Shown here piece after piece: positions 51,622 to 61,706 of a stretch of DNA of 64,000 bases. The stretch covers positions 5,463 to 69,462 of the forward strand of contig MWCR01000005.1 of the NCBI GenBank assembly GCA_002070095.1, read 5' to 3'. Every line of letters begins with the position of its first letter. Within the stretch, counting starts at the first letter, position 1. This DNA comes from Parcubacteria group bacterium ADurb.Bin192. Its GTDB lineage: Bacteria > Patescibacteriota > Patescibacteriia > 2-12-FULL-60-25. The notes under the pieces were generated by a model. That model did no database searches. It worked only from the letters and a program-made list of their open reading frames with translations, and was not told the origin of the DNA. Both the position numbers and the translations under genes were made by a program.

Positions 51622-53682
51622 TTAAAATTTCACTTTAAATCTTTGGTCATCTCGGGAGTCGGCTTCCACTTGATAAACCGCGTCTCCCCAGCGCGTATCA
51701 GCTTCGGGCGGATCAGCTTCCAATACCCGGCCCGGCAATAATATCTCCACTTCCATCTGCAGTTGATCCACCCCCGGCTGTTTCAGCCAATCCAAAACAT
51801 ATTCCCCGCGGCTCAAACAAGCCGAAGCTTCGGCCGGCAAAGCATAAGTAAAAGACAGTTCCCCCGTCTTCCCCGGTTCAATGGCCCAAAAAGCACCGAA
51901 AACGGTTTTGCCCAATTCTTTCATGATATCCACTTTGCCGGGCACAAACCGGCCGCCGGTTTGCAATAAGTCGCCCTGCATGGCGCCGGACGAAGACATA
52001 AAAGTACTGCCCTCGGGCACATACACGCGCGTATAACTTCTATATCTGGTATAGCGCCAGTCAATCTTGGACGTGGTATTTTGATACTTCAATTTAAGCG
52101 TGGCCAAAGGTTTGTTAGGATCGCGCGCGTCCAGCTGGTAAACAGCGCTTTTAACCATCTTGCCGTCGGTTTTAAGAGCCGCCAAATTGGCATCCACCAC
52201 CCACAAAAAATCACACACCGTGGGTTTGGCTCGCCCGCTCCAATCACGCTTGTCCACCAAAGACTGCAAAGACGGATCGCGCGCGTAAATCATGATTTGT
52301 TTTTCATCCAAAGCCACGGATACCAAATTGATCAACTTTGGCCATTCGGAACGCGGCAAAGCTTGAATTTTTTGCGATAACTGAATCCCGATTTCATTAA
52401 TCAAAGCTTTGCGGTCTTCAACTTTAATGCCCTGCTGTAAAAAACCGATTTCAACCTCATATTCAATCAGATCCATAAAATTATTATGGTCATATGTCTG
52501 ACCGCCCACGCTGATAGGACCGGTCAGGCGCAAAAGACGCCTGAAAAACTCGGGCTGTAAAGCCACCACTCCCTGGGGATTTTCGTTCAAACCCAACAAA
52601 GCGGTTTCTCTGATAAAAAAATCCAATACCCTGGAAGCTGATTCAACAAAATCCGGCGACCAATTAGCATCCCGCATAAACCAAGCTTTAACTCCCAGAT
52701 GTTTGGCCAAGGGTTCGGGGGGCGTTTCATTCCAGACCCCGGAAACGGGGTTATCTATATTGTAAACATCCGTGAATTGAAAATCCGTGATTTCGCCCGC
52801 GTCAATTTTTATTTTGCCCACATTGCCAATAAATCCTCCGGACGGCCTCATCTCATCTGAATTCTGTAGAACGACCAAATACTCAACCGGCGCCGGATAA
52901 CCGGCCAAAGGAATAGCCGCTTCGAGTAAAGGCACGCTCTGGTCCAAAGCCAGCCTCATAACGGGCAGCAGTTCGGCCACCGGATTCAGAGCCTGCCGCA
53001 TGGACGGCAGCAAGCGATCCTGCGGGATGTCCTGCCATAAAGCCAAAGCCAGATCTATTTTGTCCCTGGCCAACCTGATCTCGGGCAGGGATTTGTCCAA
53101 AGCCGATAGCAAACCGCGTTTTTCTTGAGGTGACAGATCCTGCCAGCTCCGGTCATCAGCGACCCCGACTTCAGGTTTCACGCCCGCGCTCTGCAGAGCA
53201 TCGGACATGGCTACGGCCACGTGCAACAAATCTTCCAAGCTGTCCAATGAATGGACTCCCACCGCGGCCACGTCCTGCAAGGCTCGAACTTGAGTGCCGA
53301 CATAAGGCAGATCCCTGAAGAATCCCACGCCCTGTAAAGAATTTCTGAAAATATCAAGCGCAGCGCGCGCCCGTCCGGCCTCATCTTGCGCGGCCTCGTA
53401 ATCCCCTTGTTCCAAATTGATTTTCAAAGTATCCAAAGCCGTTTTCACGTCTCGTCCGGCCAGCAAAGCCTTGCCAAAGGCGTAAGTCGGAGGAATTAAA
53501 AATATCGCCAGTCCCAATAACGCGAATAAAACGATCATTAAAAATAATTTTATCTTTTTTTTGGGTTTGCCTGCCGGTCCGGCAGGCGGTTTGGATGCAA
53601 CCGAAGAATCCCCGGATTCGCGGGGAGGCGGTAATTCGGCCGCCGCCGGACAGGTGAGAAAATTGGGCGCGGGTTTTTTCAT
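51622..53682 (-). CDS. DUF4012-like membrane-anchored protein
   Basis: N-terminal TM IKLFLMIVLFALLGLAIFLI. Central YLVVLQNSDEMRPSGGFIGNVGKIKIDAGEI matches the QNxxExRxxGGfiG signature I associate with DUF4012. Confidence 0.65.
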   Translation of the reverse strand: MKKPAPNFLTCPAAAELPPPRESGDSSVASKPPAGPAGKPKKKIKLFLMIVLFALLGLAIFLIPPTYAFGKALLAGRDVKTALDTLKINLEQGDYEAAQDEAGRARAALDIFRNSLQGVGFFRDLPYVGTQVRALQDVAAVGVHSLDSLEDLLHVAVAMSDALQSAGVKPEVGVADDRSWQDLSPQEKRGLLSALDKSLPEIRLARDKIDLALALWQDIPQDRLLPSMRQALNPVAELLPVMRLALDQSVPLLEAAIPLAGYPAPVEYLVVLQNSDEMRPSGGFIGNVGKIKIDAGEITDFQFTDVYNIDNPVSGVWNETPPEPLAKHLGVKAWFMRDANWSPDFVESASRVLDFFIRETALLGLNENPQGVVALQPEFFRRLLRLTGPISVGGQTYDHNNFMDLIEYEVEIGFLQQGIKVEDRKALINEIGIQLSQKIQALPRSEWPKLINLVSVALDEKQIMIYARDPSLQSLVDKRDWSGRAKPTVCDFLWVVDANLAALKTDGKMVKSAVYQLDARDPNKPLATLKLKYQNTTSKIDWRYTRYRSYTRVYVPEGSTFMSSSGAMQGDLLQTGGRFVPGKVDIMKELGKTVFGAFWAIEPGKTGELSFTYALPAEASACLSRGEYVLDWLKQPGVDQLQMEVEILLPGRVLEADPPEADTRWGDAVYQVEADSRDDQRFKVKF

Positions 53683-53688
53683 GCTGGC

Positions 53689-54558
53689 TTAAAAAACCGG
53701 GCGTTCGTTGGCATGCGGATTTGGTTTGCCCCAGTACTTACGGAAATAGTATAGCGCACTTACGATATGAGCGCGCGCGGGCCTGTTGGTAATTATTTTC
53801 CAGGGCCACTCCACCTTGCTTTCACGGCGATGATAATGAACCAATCGGCTGTGCGGAAAATACACCACCCGCCACCTCTTCTCCCAAGCCCGCCGGCAAA
53901 TGTCCAGCTCTTCAAAATACATGAAATACTTTTCATCAAACAAACCTATCTCATCCAGAACCGTTTTTTTCATCATGATAGCCGAACCCATCAAAGCATC
54001 GGTTTCAATGGGCTTTTGAACCGGCATAACGTCTCTCATCAAATAACGGGACACCGCTCTACGGCCGCGCGGCAACCGGCCCAAAACAGTCCGACGATAA
54101 AAAGGTATGGTCCAATGAGGAAAACGGTAACAAGAGTCCTGCCTGGTCCCATCCGGGTTATTCAAAGCCGGCCCGCAAAAAGCCACGTCCGGATGTTCAT
54201 CCATGAACTTAACCAATTTTTCCAGTTCACCGGCAAAAACCGTGATATCCGGATTAAGCAGCATAATATATTGACCCAGAGCTTTTTTGATGGCCAGATT
54301 ATTGCCCGCCCCAAAACCGATATTTCTGGGCGCGTCTATCACCTGCACCCAGGGGAAACGCTGTCTGACCATGTCACCCGTGCCGTCGCCCGGAGCATTG
54401 TCCACCAAAAAAAACTCAAAATCAAATTTAAAATCAGAGGCTTCCACGCCTTTCAATAACAGCCTGATCAAACCCGGAGTCTTGTAACAAACTGTCACAA
54501 AACTGACTTTTGGATTCGGTCCAAGCGGCTGACTGATGTTGCTGGGTCTTTCCGGCAT
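53689..54558 (-). CDS. GT2 glycosyltransferase
   Basis: VSFVTVCYKTPGLI...LVDNAPGDGT...NIGFGAGNN...LNPD. GT-A DxD-type family 2. Confidence 0.8.
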   Translation of the reverse strand: MPERPSNISQPLGPNPKVSFVTVCYKTPGLIRLLLKGVEASDFKFDFEFFLVDNAPGDGTGDMVRQRFPWVQVIDAPRNIGFGAGNNLAIKKALGQYIMLLNPDITVFAGELEKLVKFMDEHPDVAFCGPALNNPDGTRQDSCYRFPHWTIPFYRRTVLGRLPRGRRAVSRYLMRDVMPVQKPIETDALMGSAIMMKKTVLDEIGLFDEKYFMYFEELDICRRAWEKRWRVVYFPHSRLVHYHRRESKVEWPWKIITNRPARAHIVSALYYFRKYWGKPNPHANERPVF

Positions 54559-54576
54559 ATCATATCCGAAGCCAAC

Positions 54577-55629
54577 CTAAGTAAACCAAGGAGATTGATT
54601 TTTATAGGTTGTATGCATTACAGACAGCCACTTCTTACGCTTTTTTAGCATTTTTGGCAAGCCTGCCAGAGCCGTCCAGTAGCCCTTAAGCGCGGCCCAA
54701 GAAAATAAAGCGGCCGCTAATTTTGCCAGTTCATAAGGCATCAGCCACAACAGACAATGCCAAAATTCCCGGCCCGTTAAATTTTTGACCAAAACCCAAA
54801 CATGATTCCTGGTGGATAGAAAATTGATAAAAGCCGGTTTGTTGCGCCTCCTGATCCAAGCGGACAGCCAGCCGCTCTTGCCGCTCGAAGGAGCGCCCCG
54901 GTGATGCCAAGCCACGGCCCGGGGCACCAAAGCGGCCCGCATGCCCAAATGACGCATACGCCAGGCCACGTCCACATCTTCCTGATAGGCAAAAAAATCT
55001 TCATCAAAAAATTGCTGATCTTCACTGGCCGCCAGCACAGCGGACGCGCGATACAAAGCACACGCGCCCGTACAGCCGAAAATATCGGTTTTTTCATCGT
55101 ACTGTCCGTGATCTTCCTCTTCGGCTCCGCGGTCATATGGGCGCAAAGATCGGCTTAAAAACAAACCCATGGCATCAATCACCTTGGTTTTGACGGTTTC
55201 TTTTTGATCACTGTCATTATACTTGAGATGGGCACGCCATAGCTTGGGGTTGCAGGCTTGAATTTCCGGATGGCTTTCCAGATAATCATACATATGACGC
55301 AAACAGTCAGGCGCCAGTTCAACGTCAGGATTGCAAACCAAAATATATCTTTTGCTCAAATCCGCTTCTTTCCACCACGATAAAGCCAAGAGTATCGCCT
55401 GATTATGCGCTCTGGCAAAACCGTAATTACGCATGTTGCGCAGAACGCCCACAAAAGGATATTCTCCGCCGAGCCACTGACCGCAGCCGTCAGTGGAAGC
55501 ATTGTCCACCACGGTTACGCGCAAAGGCATATCTTGATCGTCCAAAGAGTTAAATAACGCGGGCAGATAATTCATGGAATTCCAGGCCACGATATTGACG
55601 GCCACCACGGCCTCGGGATTATTTTCCAT
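54577..55629 (-). CDS. GT2 glycosyltransferase
   Basis: The ATG at 55629 (MENNPEAVVAVNIVAWNS) is 2 nt after the upstream stop; the track start is 55677. VVDNASTDG, NYGFARAHN, CNPDVEL. Confidence 0.8.
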   Translation of the reverse strand: MENNPEAVVAVNIVAWNSMNYLPALFNSLDDQDMPLRVTVVDNASTDGCGQWLGGEYPFVGVLRNMRNYGFARAHNQAILLALSWWKEADLSKRYILVCNPDVELAPDCLRHMYDYLESHPEIQACNPKLWRAHLKYNDSDQKETVKTKVIDAMGLFLSRSLRPYDRGAEEEDHGQYDEKTDIFGCTGACALYRASAVLAASEDQQFFDEDFFAYQEDVDVAWRMRHLGMRAALVPRAVAWHHRGAPSSGKSGWLSAWIRRRNKPAFINFLSTRNHVWVLVKNLTGREFWHCLLWLMPYELAKLAAALFSWAALKGYWTALAGLPKMLKKRKKWLSVMHTTYKNQSPWFT

Positions 55630-55630
55630 A

Positions 55631-57139
55631 TTATTTATTTGGTATTTCTTGGCCGGATACGCGTTTGGGCGAAACATTAAAACCCAAACGCCCTTTGCCC
55701 AGCATTAAACGGGTTTGCGCGTCGATGGCCGGGATGGCGCCAAACAACACAAAAGTAACGGGCAAAAGAATCCACTGAAAAACCGTCACCACCAAGGTTT
55801 GCCAGCGGGACACATGAGAAGGCCTGCGGGGCAATAGCGTGGCGGATAAAGTGGCGGACACGAAAACGCCGATCATGGCGAAACGCATCAGCCATTCCAG
55901 AGTAAAAGGCGTATTTTGAAACACGGCGTAACTCCGAAAAGTTTCCGGAGCCAGCCAAAAAGGCAGACGTCCCAATAAAAAGACTAAAATCGGGACCGTA
56001 GCCCAAGTGTACATACCCTCCAATTGCTTCCATAAAAAACTGACTTTGGTCAAAACAGGCATTTTGCGGTCTCTGGCGAAAGCCATGGCCATAAAAGGAA
56101 AGTTCTCCACGCCCCAGGCCCACCTTCTCAATTGTTTATACAAAGCCGATAAAGCCCGTGTATACGAACCTGACATGACCGTGTCCATGGATACCGGCAA
56201 ATAAATGGGTGTCACCCGATAATCTCCATGATAGCGCATCAAGCCCTGCAGAAAAATACGCGAATCTTCGCTCACAATATCTTTTTGCCAAAAATCCACG
56301 TCCACCAGCATGCGCATGCTCATGGAGTGCGAAGAAAAAGTCATCATGCCTTCGGGCCTGGCCAGCTCGGTCATCAGCCAAAAAGTGGTGCCGAACATGG
56401 CCACGCGCACGGGCGCCGGCGATTCCCACAGATTATTGTTATATAAAACCACGGGCTGATAAGAACTTCTGTGCGGATCTTCAATGGTCAGAAAATTATA
56501 AGTGACGCAGGCGAAATACTGCGGATGCGTGACCGTGTCCACGTCAAAAGAGGAAACGATTATTTTATCGATATCCAAACCCAATCTTTGCACTTCATCC
56601 AAAACCCGGTGCCCCATCCAATTTACATTGGAACCTTTGCCCACGATTTCACCGGGTAAATCCTTGGGATGCAGGGTGGTCAGAAAACCGAAAAACTTAT
56701 CCGCGTATTCATGCCTGATAATCTCGGCCTTGGGCTCAAAGGCCTCGCGCGCCCTTTCTTCGCCGCCCAGCACCACTATCATCTTCTCCTTGGGATAGGC
56801 TGACGCCAGCAAAGAATTCAAACAGTCTCTCAATACCACGATATCTTCTTTGACCGTGGGCAATAAAATCACATGATAAACCTCTTCAAAGCCGGTTTGC
56901 GCGCGCGCCATGGCCAGCCAATCTTTTTTGATATGCGTCTTGTACTTGAACCAAGAAATGATGGAAAAAGGCAAAAAATAAGCCACCCTGAACAGCCAGT
57001 ATAAATCGTAGACAATAATGAAATAAACCATCCACAGCGGACGATGATAAGACAAAATCAAACTCAATATGATGGTCGTCCAAACCAGAGCGCCCGGTAT
57101 AATTTCGTAGATTCTTTTTTCCAGCCTAAGCAAATTCAT
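55631..57139 (-). CDS. membrane-embedded processive GT2 (cellulose/chitin-synthase-like beta-glycan synthase)
   Basis: TM helices at both ends. FDVDT (DxD), IVSEDSRIF (TED-like) and YKQLRRWAWG (QxxRW) motifs. Confidence 0.75.
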   Translation of the reverse strand: MNLLRLEKRIYEIIPGALVWTTIILSLILSYHRPLWMVYFIIVYDLYWLFRVAYFLPFSIISWFKYKTHIKKDWLAMARAQTGFEEVYHVILLPTVKEDIVVLRDCLNSLLASAYPKEKMIVVLGGEERAREAFEPKAEIIRHEYADKFFGFLTTLHPKDLPGEIVGKGSNVNWMGHRVLDEVQRLGLDIDKIIVSSFDVDTVTHPQYFACVTYNFLTIEDPHRSSYQPVVLYNNNLWESPAPVRVAMFGTTFWLMTELARPEGMMTFSSHSMSMRMLVDVDFWQKDIVSEDSRIFLQGLMRYHGDYRVTPIYLPVSMDTVMSGSYTRALSALYKQLRRWAWGVENFPFMAMAFARDRKMPVLTKVSFLWKQLEGMYTWATVPILVFLLGRLPFWLAPETFRSYAVFQNTPFTLEWLMRFAMIGVFVSATLSATLLPRRPSHVSRWQTLVVTVFQWILLPVTFVLFGAIPAIDAQTRLMLGKGRLGFNVSPKRVSGQEIPNK

Positions 57140-57143
57140 ACGA

Positions 57144-57527
57144 TCATTTAATGGTTATGTTGGGCTCTTGATCATAAATCGGAGGCGCATAGGCGACCGG
57201 CTTAAGACCTGAAATTAAAACCGGCACTTGAGAGACCTGAAACTTTTCTTGAGCCGTCAAGGCGTACAGAGGCAAAGAACCGAAATCGGCCAAAAGATTA
57301 GCCGCCAAAGCCCCCATTCTGACACTGGAAAAAGATCCCGGACCGCTCACCAAACAAATACCCAGGGCGCCGCGCAAATCATGAAGCTTGATTTTGGCGG
57401 CCAAAGACGACATCAGGCCCGGAGCACCGGGCTTAACCTTCCATAATTTGATATGCCCCGCCGGACTTATCCAACCGAATTCGGCGGAAGCGCGTGTCCG
57501 CGTATCTATATACAGCCAAGACTTCAT
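57144..57527 (-). CDS. tsaB: TsaB (YeaZ)-like t6A biosynthesis protein, short form
   Basis: GPGSFSSVRMGALAANLLA matches the GPGSFTGLRIG signature. Only 127 aa. Confidence 0.65.
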   Translation of the reverse strand: MKSWLYIDTRTRASAEFGWISPAGHIKLWKVKPGAPGLMSSLAAKIKLHDLRGALGICLVSGPGSFSSVRMGALAANLLADFGSLPLYALTAQEKFQVSQVPVLISGLKPVAYAPPIYDQEPNITIK

Positions 57528-58138
57528 AACAGCGTCTCTTTCTTTTCTTTTTCCAAATTCAATTTATCGATGGCCACGCATTTATTGCCGTTAAGAACGG
57601 AAATCAAAAAACGATCCGTAATTTCGCGCCGGTAAGCAAACTCCTGAGGGGACAGACATGTAAAATTAATCTGGGCGTTCATGTCTCTTTCAGCTTTGTT
57701 GATCAACTGTTGCATCTTGTCCCCGTCCAGCGTGCCCACGATAAACAAATCCACCGGATCTTTTTGCCCCAAAAACGTGCCCATAAAAGCCAAATATTCC
57801 ACGTTGCCAATGGAGGCGATTTCGCGATGCAAGGTCTTATCCATTAATAAATGGGACTTGATCATCAAAGATTTGATTTCGAGCAGCAAGGGAAAATTAG
57901 GATTGATCTTATAGTATTTACGCTTCAACCCCGGGCGCTTGGCCTGGCCGCTGTCAGCTTCTTCCATTTCCGTAATCAAACCAAAACGGGACAGGTTTTC
58001 TATCTCCCGTCTGACCGCGTTGATTTGCGTATTGATCCTGCGTGTCAATTCTCTGATAAAAAAAGCCTCTTCCGGTTGATTGAGGAATAACATCATGAGC
58101 TTGACTCGCGTCTTTGACCCAAAAAGGTGTTCAAGCAT
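57524..58138 (-). CDS. winged-helix (ArsR-like) transcriptional regulator with C-terminal domain
   Basis: LFGSKTRVKLMMLFLNQPEEAFFIRELTRRINTQINAVRREIENLSRFGLI. Confidence 0.55.
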   Translation of the reverse strand: MLEHLFGSKTRVKLMMLFLNQPEEAFFIRELTRRINTQINAVRREIENLSRFGLITEMEEADSGQAKRPGLKRKYYKINPNFPLLLEIKSLMIKSHLLMDKTLHREIASIGNVEYLAFMGTFLGQKDPVDLFIVGTLDGDKMQQLINKAERDMNAQINFTCLSPQEFAYRREITDRFLISVLNGNKCVAIDKLNLEKEKKETLL

Positions 58139-58260
58139 AAGGACAACTATATCCTGCCCTTTTTACCCACTCTTGACAAGACCCGCCGGGCGTACCGAAA
58201 ATATGCTAAGAATATAGACGAAACCATGGCTTTTTGCGTATACTTGTTAAAACGCTCAAC

Positions 58261-60375
58261 ATGACTGACACGCACTTCCGCTTTGCCGAAATAGAATACG
58301 GCAACAGTCCGGCCGATGAAAAAATCGTGGGCGTATTTCGCTTCGAACAGCAGAATAACAAACAAGGGCCCCAGCACATTGTGGTGGCCGAAGTCTTTTC
58401 AACTCTCTACGCCTACGAGCGTCTGCTGGATCTGATCAGCACCACCGTGGACCAATCCCGCGCTTTAACGTCCGGCATGACCATCGATGCTTTCGCCCGA
58501 TTTGAAAAACTCATTCAGCGCATCAACGAAGCCGTCCAAAGTTTTGAAGAAAAAGAACCCACACCCATCAACTGGAGCCGGGTCAATATCATGATCGTCG
58601 AATGTTCACAGGGCCAGCTCTGCGTCAGCGGACATGGTTCATTGATGAACATCTATTTGCAGCATAAAGAAGACAAAACTTATCAAGCTTTTGATCTTTG
58701 CGGTTCATTGGAACAGCCGGCCGCCGCAGACTCCAAAAAAATATTTTCTTCGGTTTTGTGCGGGGACATGAAACCGGGCGACTTGTTCTTTTTGGGCTCA
58801 TCCAATTTTGACCGCCTGAAAGAAGAATTGAGCATCAAACAAAAACTGATGACCGAGCCGCCCATTTCCGCGGCCATGGAAATCAAGCAAGGTCTGGAAA
58901 AAGCCGGCATACCGGATGATTTCGCGGGCATTATCATTTCTTGCCACGCGGCCAATCAAGCGGGCAAAAGTCAGCCGGCCGAACAACCCAAAAAAAATCA
59001 GGCGCAAGAATCAATGCGGCAGCTGATTGATAACGAGCTTAACACCAGTCAAACCTTGGCGCCCCTGTTAAACCCCGTAAAAAACAACAAGCCCTCATCC
59101 CTTGCGCCGGCACCCGCCTCCGTTCCCCCCGCAAAAAACGGCTCCGGAAATTCTTGGTTATGGATTTGGCTGGGTAAACTCAAAAAAATTAAAAAAGCTA
59201 AAACTCCGCCCCTCACACCGGCCGCTGAAACAACCATGCGCGGATTGGACGCGGGCCACAAAAACCTGTTTACCACGGGCCGCAAAATCGCCATCGGCGC
59301 CCTGGCAATTTTAATGGCGGTTTCAGTCATCACCTACTCCACGGTCAAACATAATAAAGAAGTGGCTGCCGAACAAACCCAATGGGAAGAGGCTTTCAAC
59401 CAAGCCGCGGATTTCCGCAACCGGGCGGAAAGTTCTCTGATGTACGCGCGAGACAGCCAGACCAAATCAGAAATTAAATCCAGCGAAGAAATAATCGCCG
59501 GGCTGGATCTGTCTACGCCGGACAGGCAGGAAAGAACGGCGAAGCTCCAGAGCGAATTGGATCAAATCAAAGAGAAACTGCGCAAAGCTTACACGGCTTC
59601 GGGCATTATAGAGCTTTACTCTTTGCCGGCGACCGCGCCTGACGGCCAATTATCAGCTCCTGTTTTGACGGAAAAATCAGCCTATATCGCGGACAACACC
59701 AACCGGCTGATCGTTAAAATCGACCTGAACAGCCGAGCCGCCCTAAACATAGCCCTGCCCGAAAAAGCAACCAAAATAGTCAGCGGCGCTATTGGCGACA
59801 AATCCTTGGTCTTCTTGGATGACAGCGGGCAATTTATAGCCCTGAACCTGGAGACGGACGCCATTCAAGCCCTCAACCAATTCAACAAAACCACCTCCAC
59901 CCAAGACCTGGCCATCTATAATCAAAGAGCCTACATCTTGGATGGCGTCCAAGGACAAATTCACAGATTATCAAAAACCGGCGCCGGCTTTGGATCTCCC
60001 GCCAACTACACGGCGGCGGGTGAGAACTCGGCCGTGAACGGCGTCAGCCTGGCCATAGACAGTAATGTTTATGTGGGTAAAAGCGACGGCACCGTGGTCA
60101 AATTATTATCCGGCAAACAAGAACCCTTCTCGCTCGGAACCGTGGATCCGCCCCTCAAATCACTATCCGCCATCTGGACAGAAACGGACGACAGCCGTTT
60201 GCTGGCGACCGATCCGGCCGAAAAAAGACTATTGATATTCGATAAAAACGGTTTATTATCAGCCCAGCTTTCCTCCCCTGAATTCACAGCTTTGCGGGAT
60301 GTTACCGGGCGCTTGGGCGAAAAAAGAGCCCTGGTGGTCAGCGGCAACCGGCTGCTCATCGTGCCTCTGCCATAA
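58261..60375 (+). CDS. hypothetical membrane protein (possible degenerate PP2C-like N-domain, one TM, beta-propeller-like C-terminus)
   Basis: ATG at 58261 (the track start 58234 is TTG). TM IAIGALAILMAVSVITY. The domain guesses come only from sequence feel. Confidence 0.6.
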   Translation: MTDTHFRFAEIEYGNSPADEKIVGVFRFEQQNNKQGPQHIVVAEVFSTLYAYERLLDLISTTVDQSRALTSGMTIDAFARFEKLIQRINEAVQSFEEKEPTPINWSRVNIMIVECSQGQLCVSGHGSLMNIYLQHKEDKTYQAFDLCGSLEQPAAADSKKIFSSVLCGDMKPGDLFFLGSSNFDRLKEELSIKQKLMTEPPISAAMEIKQGLEKAGIPDDFAGIIISCHAANQAGKSQPAEQPKKNQAQESMRQLIDNELNTSQTLAPLLNPVKNNKPSSLAPAPASVPPAKNGSGNSWLWIWLGKLKKIKKAKTPPLTPAAETTMRGLDAGHKNLFTTGRKIAIGALAILMAVSVITYSTVKHNKEVAAEQTQWEEAFNQAADFRNRAESSLMYARDSQTKSEIKSSEEIIAGLDLSTPDRQERTAKLQSELDQIKEKLRKAYTASGIIELYSLPATAPDGQLSAPVLTEKSAYIADNTNRLIVKIDLNSRAALNIALPEKATKIVSGAIGDKSLVFLDDSGQFIALNLETDAIQALNQFNKTTSTQDLAIYNQRAYILDGVQGQIHRLSKTGAGFGSPANYTAAGENSAVNGVSLAIDSNVYVGKSDGTVVKLLSGKQEPFSLGTVDPPLKSLSAIWTETDDSRLLATDPAEKRLLIFDKNGLLSAQLSSPEFTALRDVTGRLGEKRALVVSGNRLLIVPLP

Positions 60376-60406
60376 AAAAATCCGTACCCCGGGGTACGGA
60401 TTTTTT
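60374..60406. terminator. bidirectional intrinsic terminator
   Basis: aaaaaaa-tccgtacccc|ggggtacgga-tttttt, between convergent genes (58261..60375 + and rplL -). Confidence 0.8.
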
Positions 60407-60419
60407 AAACCATCTTGAT

Positions 60420-60821
60420 TTATTTAAGAGTGGCTTTACCGCCGGCCTCTTCAATTTTCTTTTTAATCTCTTCAGCTTCGGCTTTGGGAGCAGCTTCTTT
60501 GATAACCTTGGGAGCGCCGTCAACCATATCCTTGGCTTCTTTCAAGCCCAAACCGGTCACCTCGCGCACCACTTTGATAACTCCGATCTTGTTGGAGCCG
60601 GCCTCTGTCAACTCAACGTTAAAATCAGATTTCTCTTCAGCGGCCGCGCCGGCGGCTCCGGGAGCGGCCATGGCCATCACCGGGGCCGCGGCACTGACTC
60701 CGAATTTTTCTTCCAAAACTTTAACCAGCTCGGACAGATCCAAAACCGATAATTTTTCAACTTGTTCCACGAGGGCCTTGAACTTCTCCGGCACCTCCAC
60801 GACTTTTTGTTCGTCTGACAT
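60420..60821 (-). CDS. rplL: 50S ribosomal protein L7/L12
   Basis: The ATG at 60821 gives [42 protein letters not shown]. Ala-rich hinge, then C-terminus [26 protein letters not shown]. Confidence 0.95.
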   Translation of the reverse strand: MSDEQKVVEVPEKFKALVEQVEKLSVLDLSELVKVLEEKFGVSAAAPVMAMAAPGAAGAAAEEKSDFNVELTEAGSNKIGVIKVVREVTGLGLKEAKDMVDGAPKVIKEAAPKAEAEEIKKKIEEAGGKATLK

Positions 60822-60864
60822 ATGTATGCAATACAAATTAAATCACGAATTAATAAGAACTGAT

Positions 60865-61368
60865 TTAGGCGGCAGTCTCAACCGCTTCTTTTTGTTGACG
60901 GATAGCATCCAGCGCTCTGACAAAACCGGAGACCGGACCGTTGATCACGCCCACAAACATGCCATACAACTGTTGCTTGGACGGCAAGGTGGATAAATTA
61001 ACCACATAAGCCTGATCAACCGCTTGTTTGCCGTAAATTCCGCCAACCAATTTAAGGGTTGATTCTTTGGACATATCGCCCAAAATCTTAGCCGGCGCCA
61101 CCTCATCTTCACTGCTGAAAGCCACTCCGATCATGCCGGGCAAAGCCTTGGCATCCAACTCAAGACCCGCTTCTTTAGCCGCCAAATTAATGATGCTCTT
61201 TTTAGCCACCACATAATTCAGATTCTGCTCAAACATCTTTTTGCGCAGAACATCGGCCTTGGACACATTCAAGCCCTGATAGTCCGCAAACACTACCGCC
61301 TGACTGTCTTTAAACAGCCGGACCAATTTATCTTTCGCGTCTGACTTTTGTTGCTTGGTTTTTGCCAT
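60865..61368 (-). CDS. rplJ: 50S ribosomal protein L10
   Basis: 167 aa, immediately upstream of rplL. VVFADYQGLNVSKADVLRKKM is typical of L10. Confidence 0.9.
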   Translation of the reverse strand: MAKTKQQKSDAKDKLVRLFKDSQAVVFADYQGLNVSKADVLRKKMFEQNLNYVVAKKSIINLAAKEAGLELDAKALPGMIGVAFSSEDEVAPAKILGDMSKESTLKLVGGIYGKQAVDQAYVVNLSTLPSKQQLYGMFVGVINGPVSGFVRALDAIRQQKEAVETAA

Positions 61369-61624
61369 AATTATTTACTTCAAATTCATTAATTGATTCG
61401 ACCTTTGGCGCGAATAACCAATGTCCAATCTATCCAATAACCAATATTGGCAGTTGAAATTGATTATAAAATACCCACAGCATCCTGTGGGGGTTAAATA
61501 TCCGCTCTAATAAGCGAAATTTATGTCCTCGGTAGGGTGTCCCTCGGTCAAGACCTGCTTGCCTGGGCGTTTAACTCCTTTTTTGGCGGAGCCCTACTGT
61601 CTATGGATGCTTGTGTTGAGCCAA

Positions 61625-61653
61625 AGTATAGGCCGACCCGGAGAGCCTGTCAA
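61625..61653 (-). promoter_or_regulatory. sigma70 promoter of the rplJL operon with ~250-nt leader
   Basis: Minus strand: TTGACA (61653-61648), 17-nt spacer, TATACT (61630-61625). Confidence 0.55.
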
Positions 61654-61706
61654 GATCTTGAACATTGTTAAACCCATCCCAAGCATGAGATACTTAAACT
61701 CACAAT

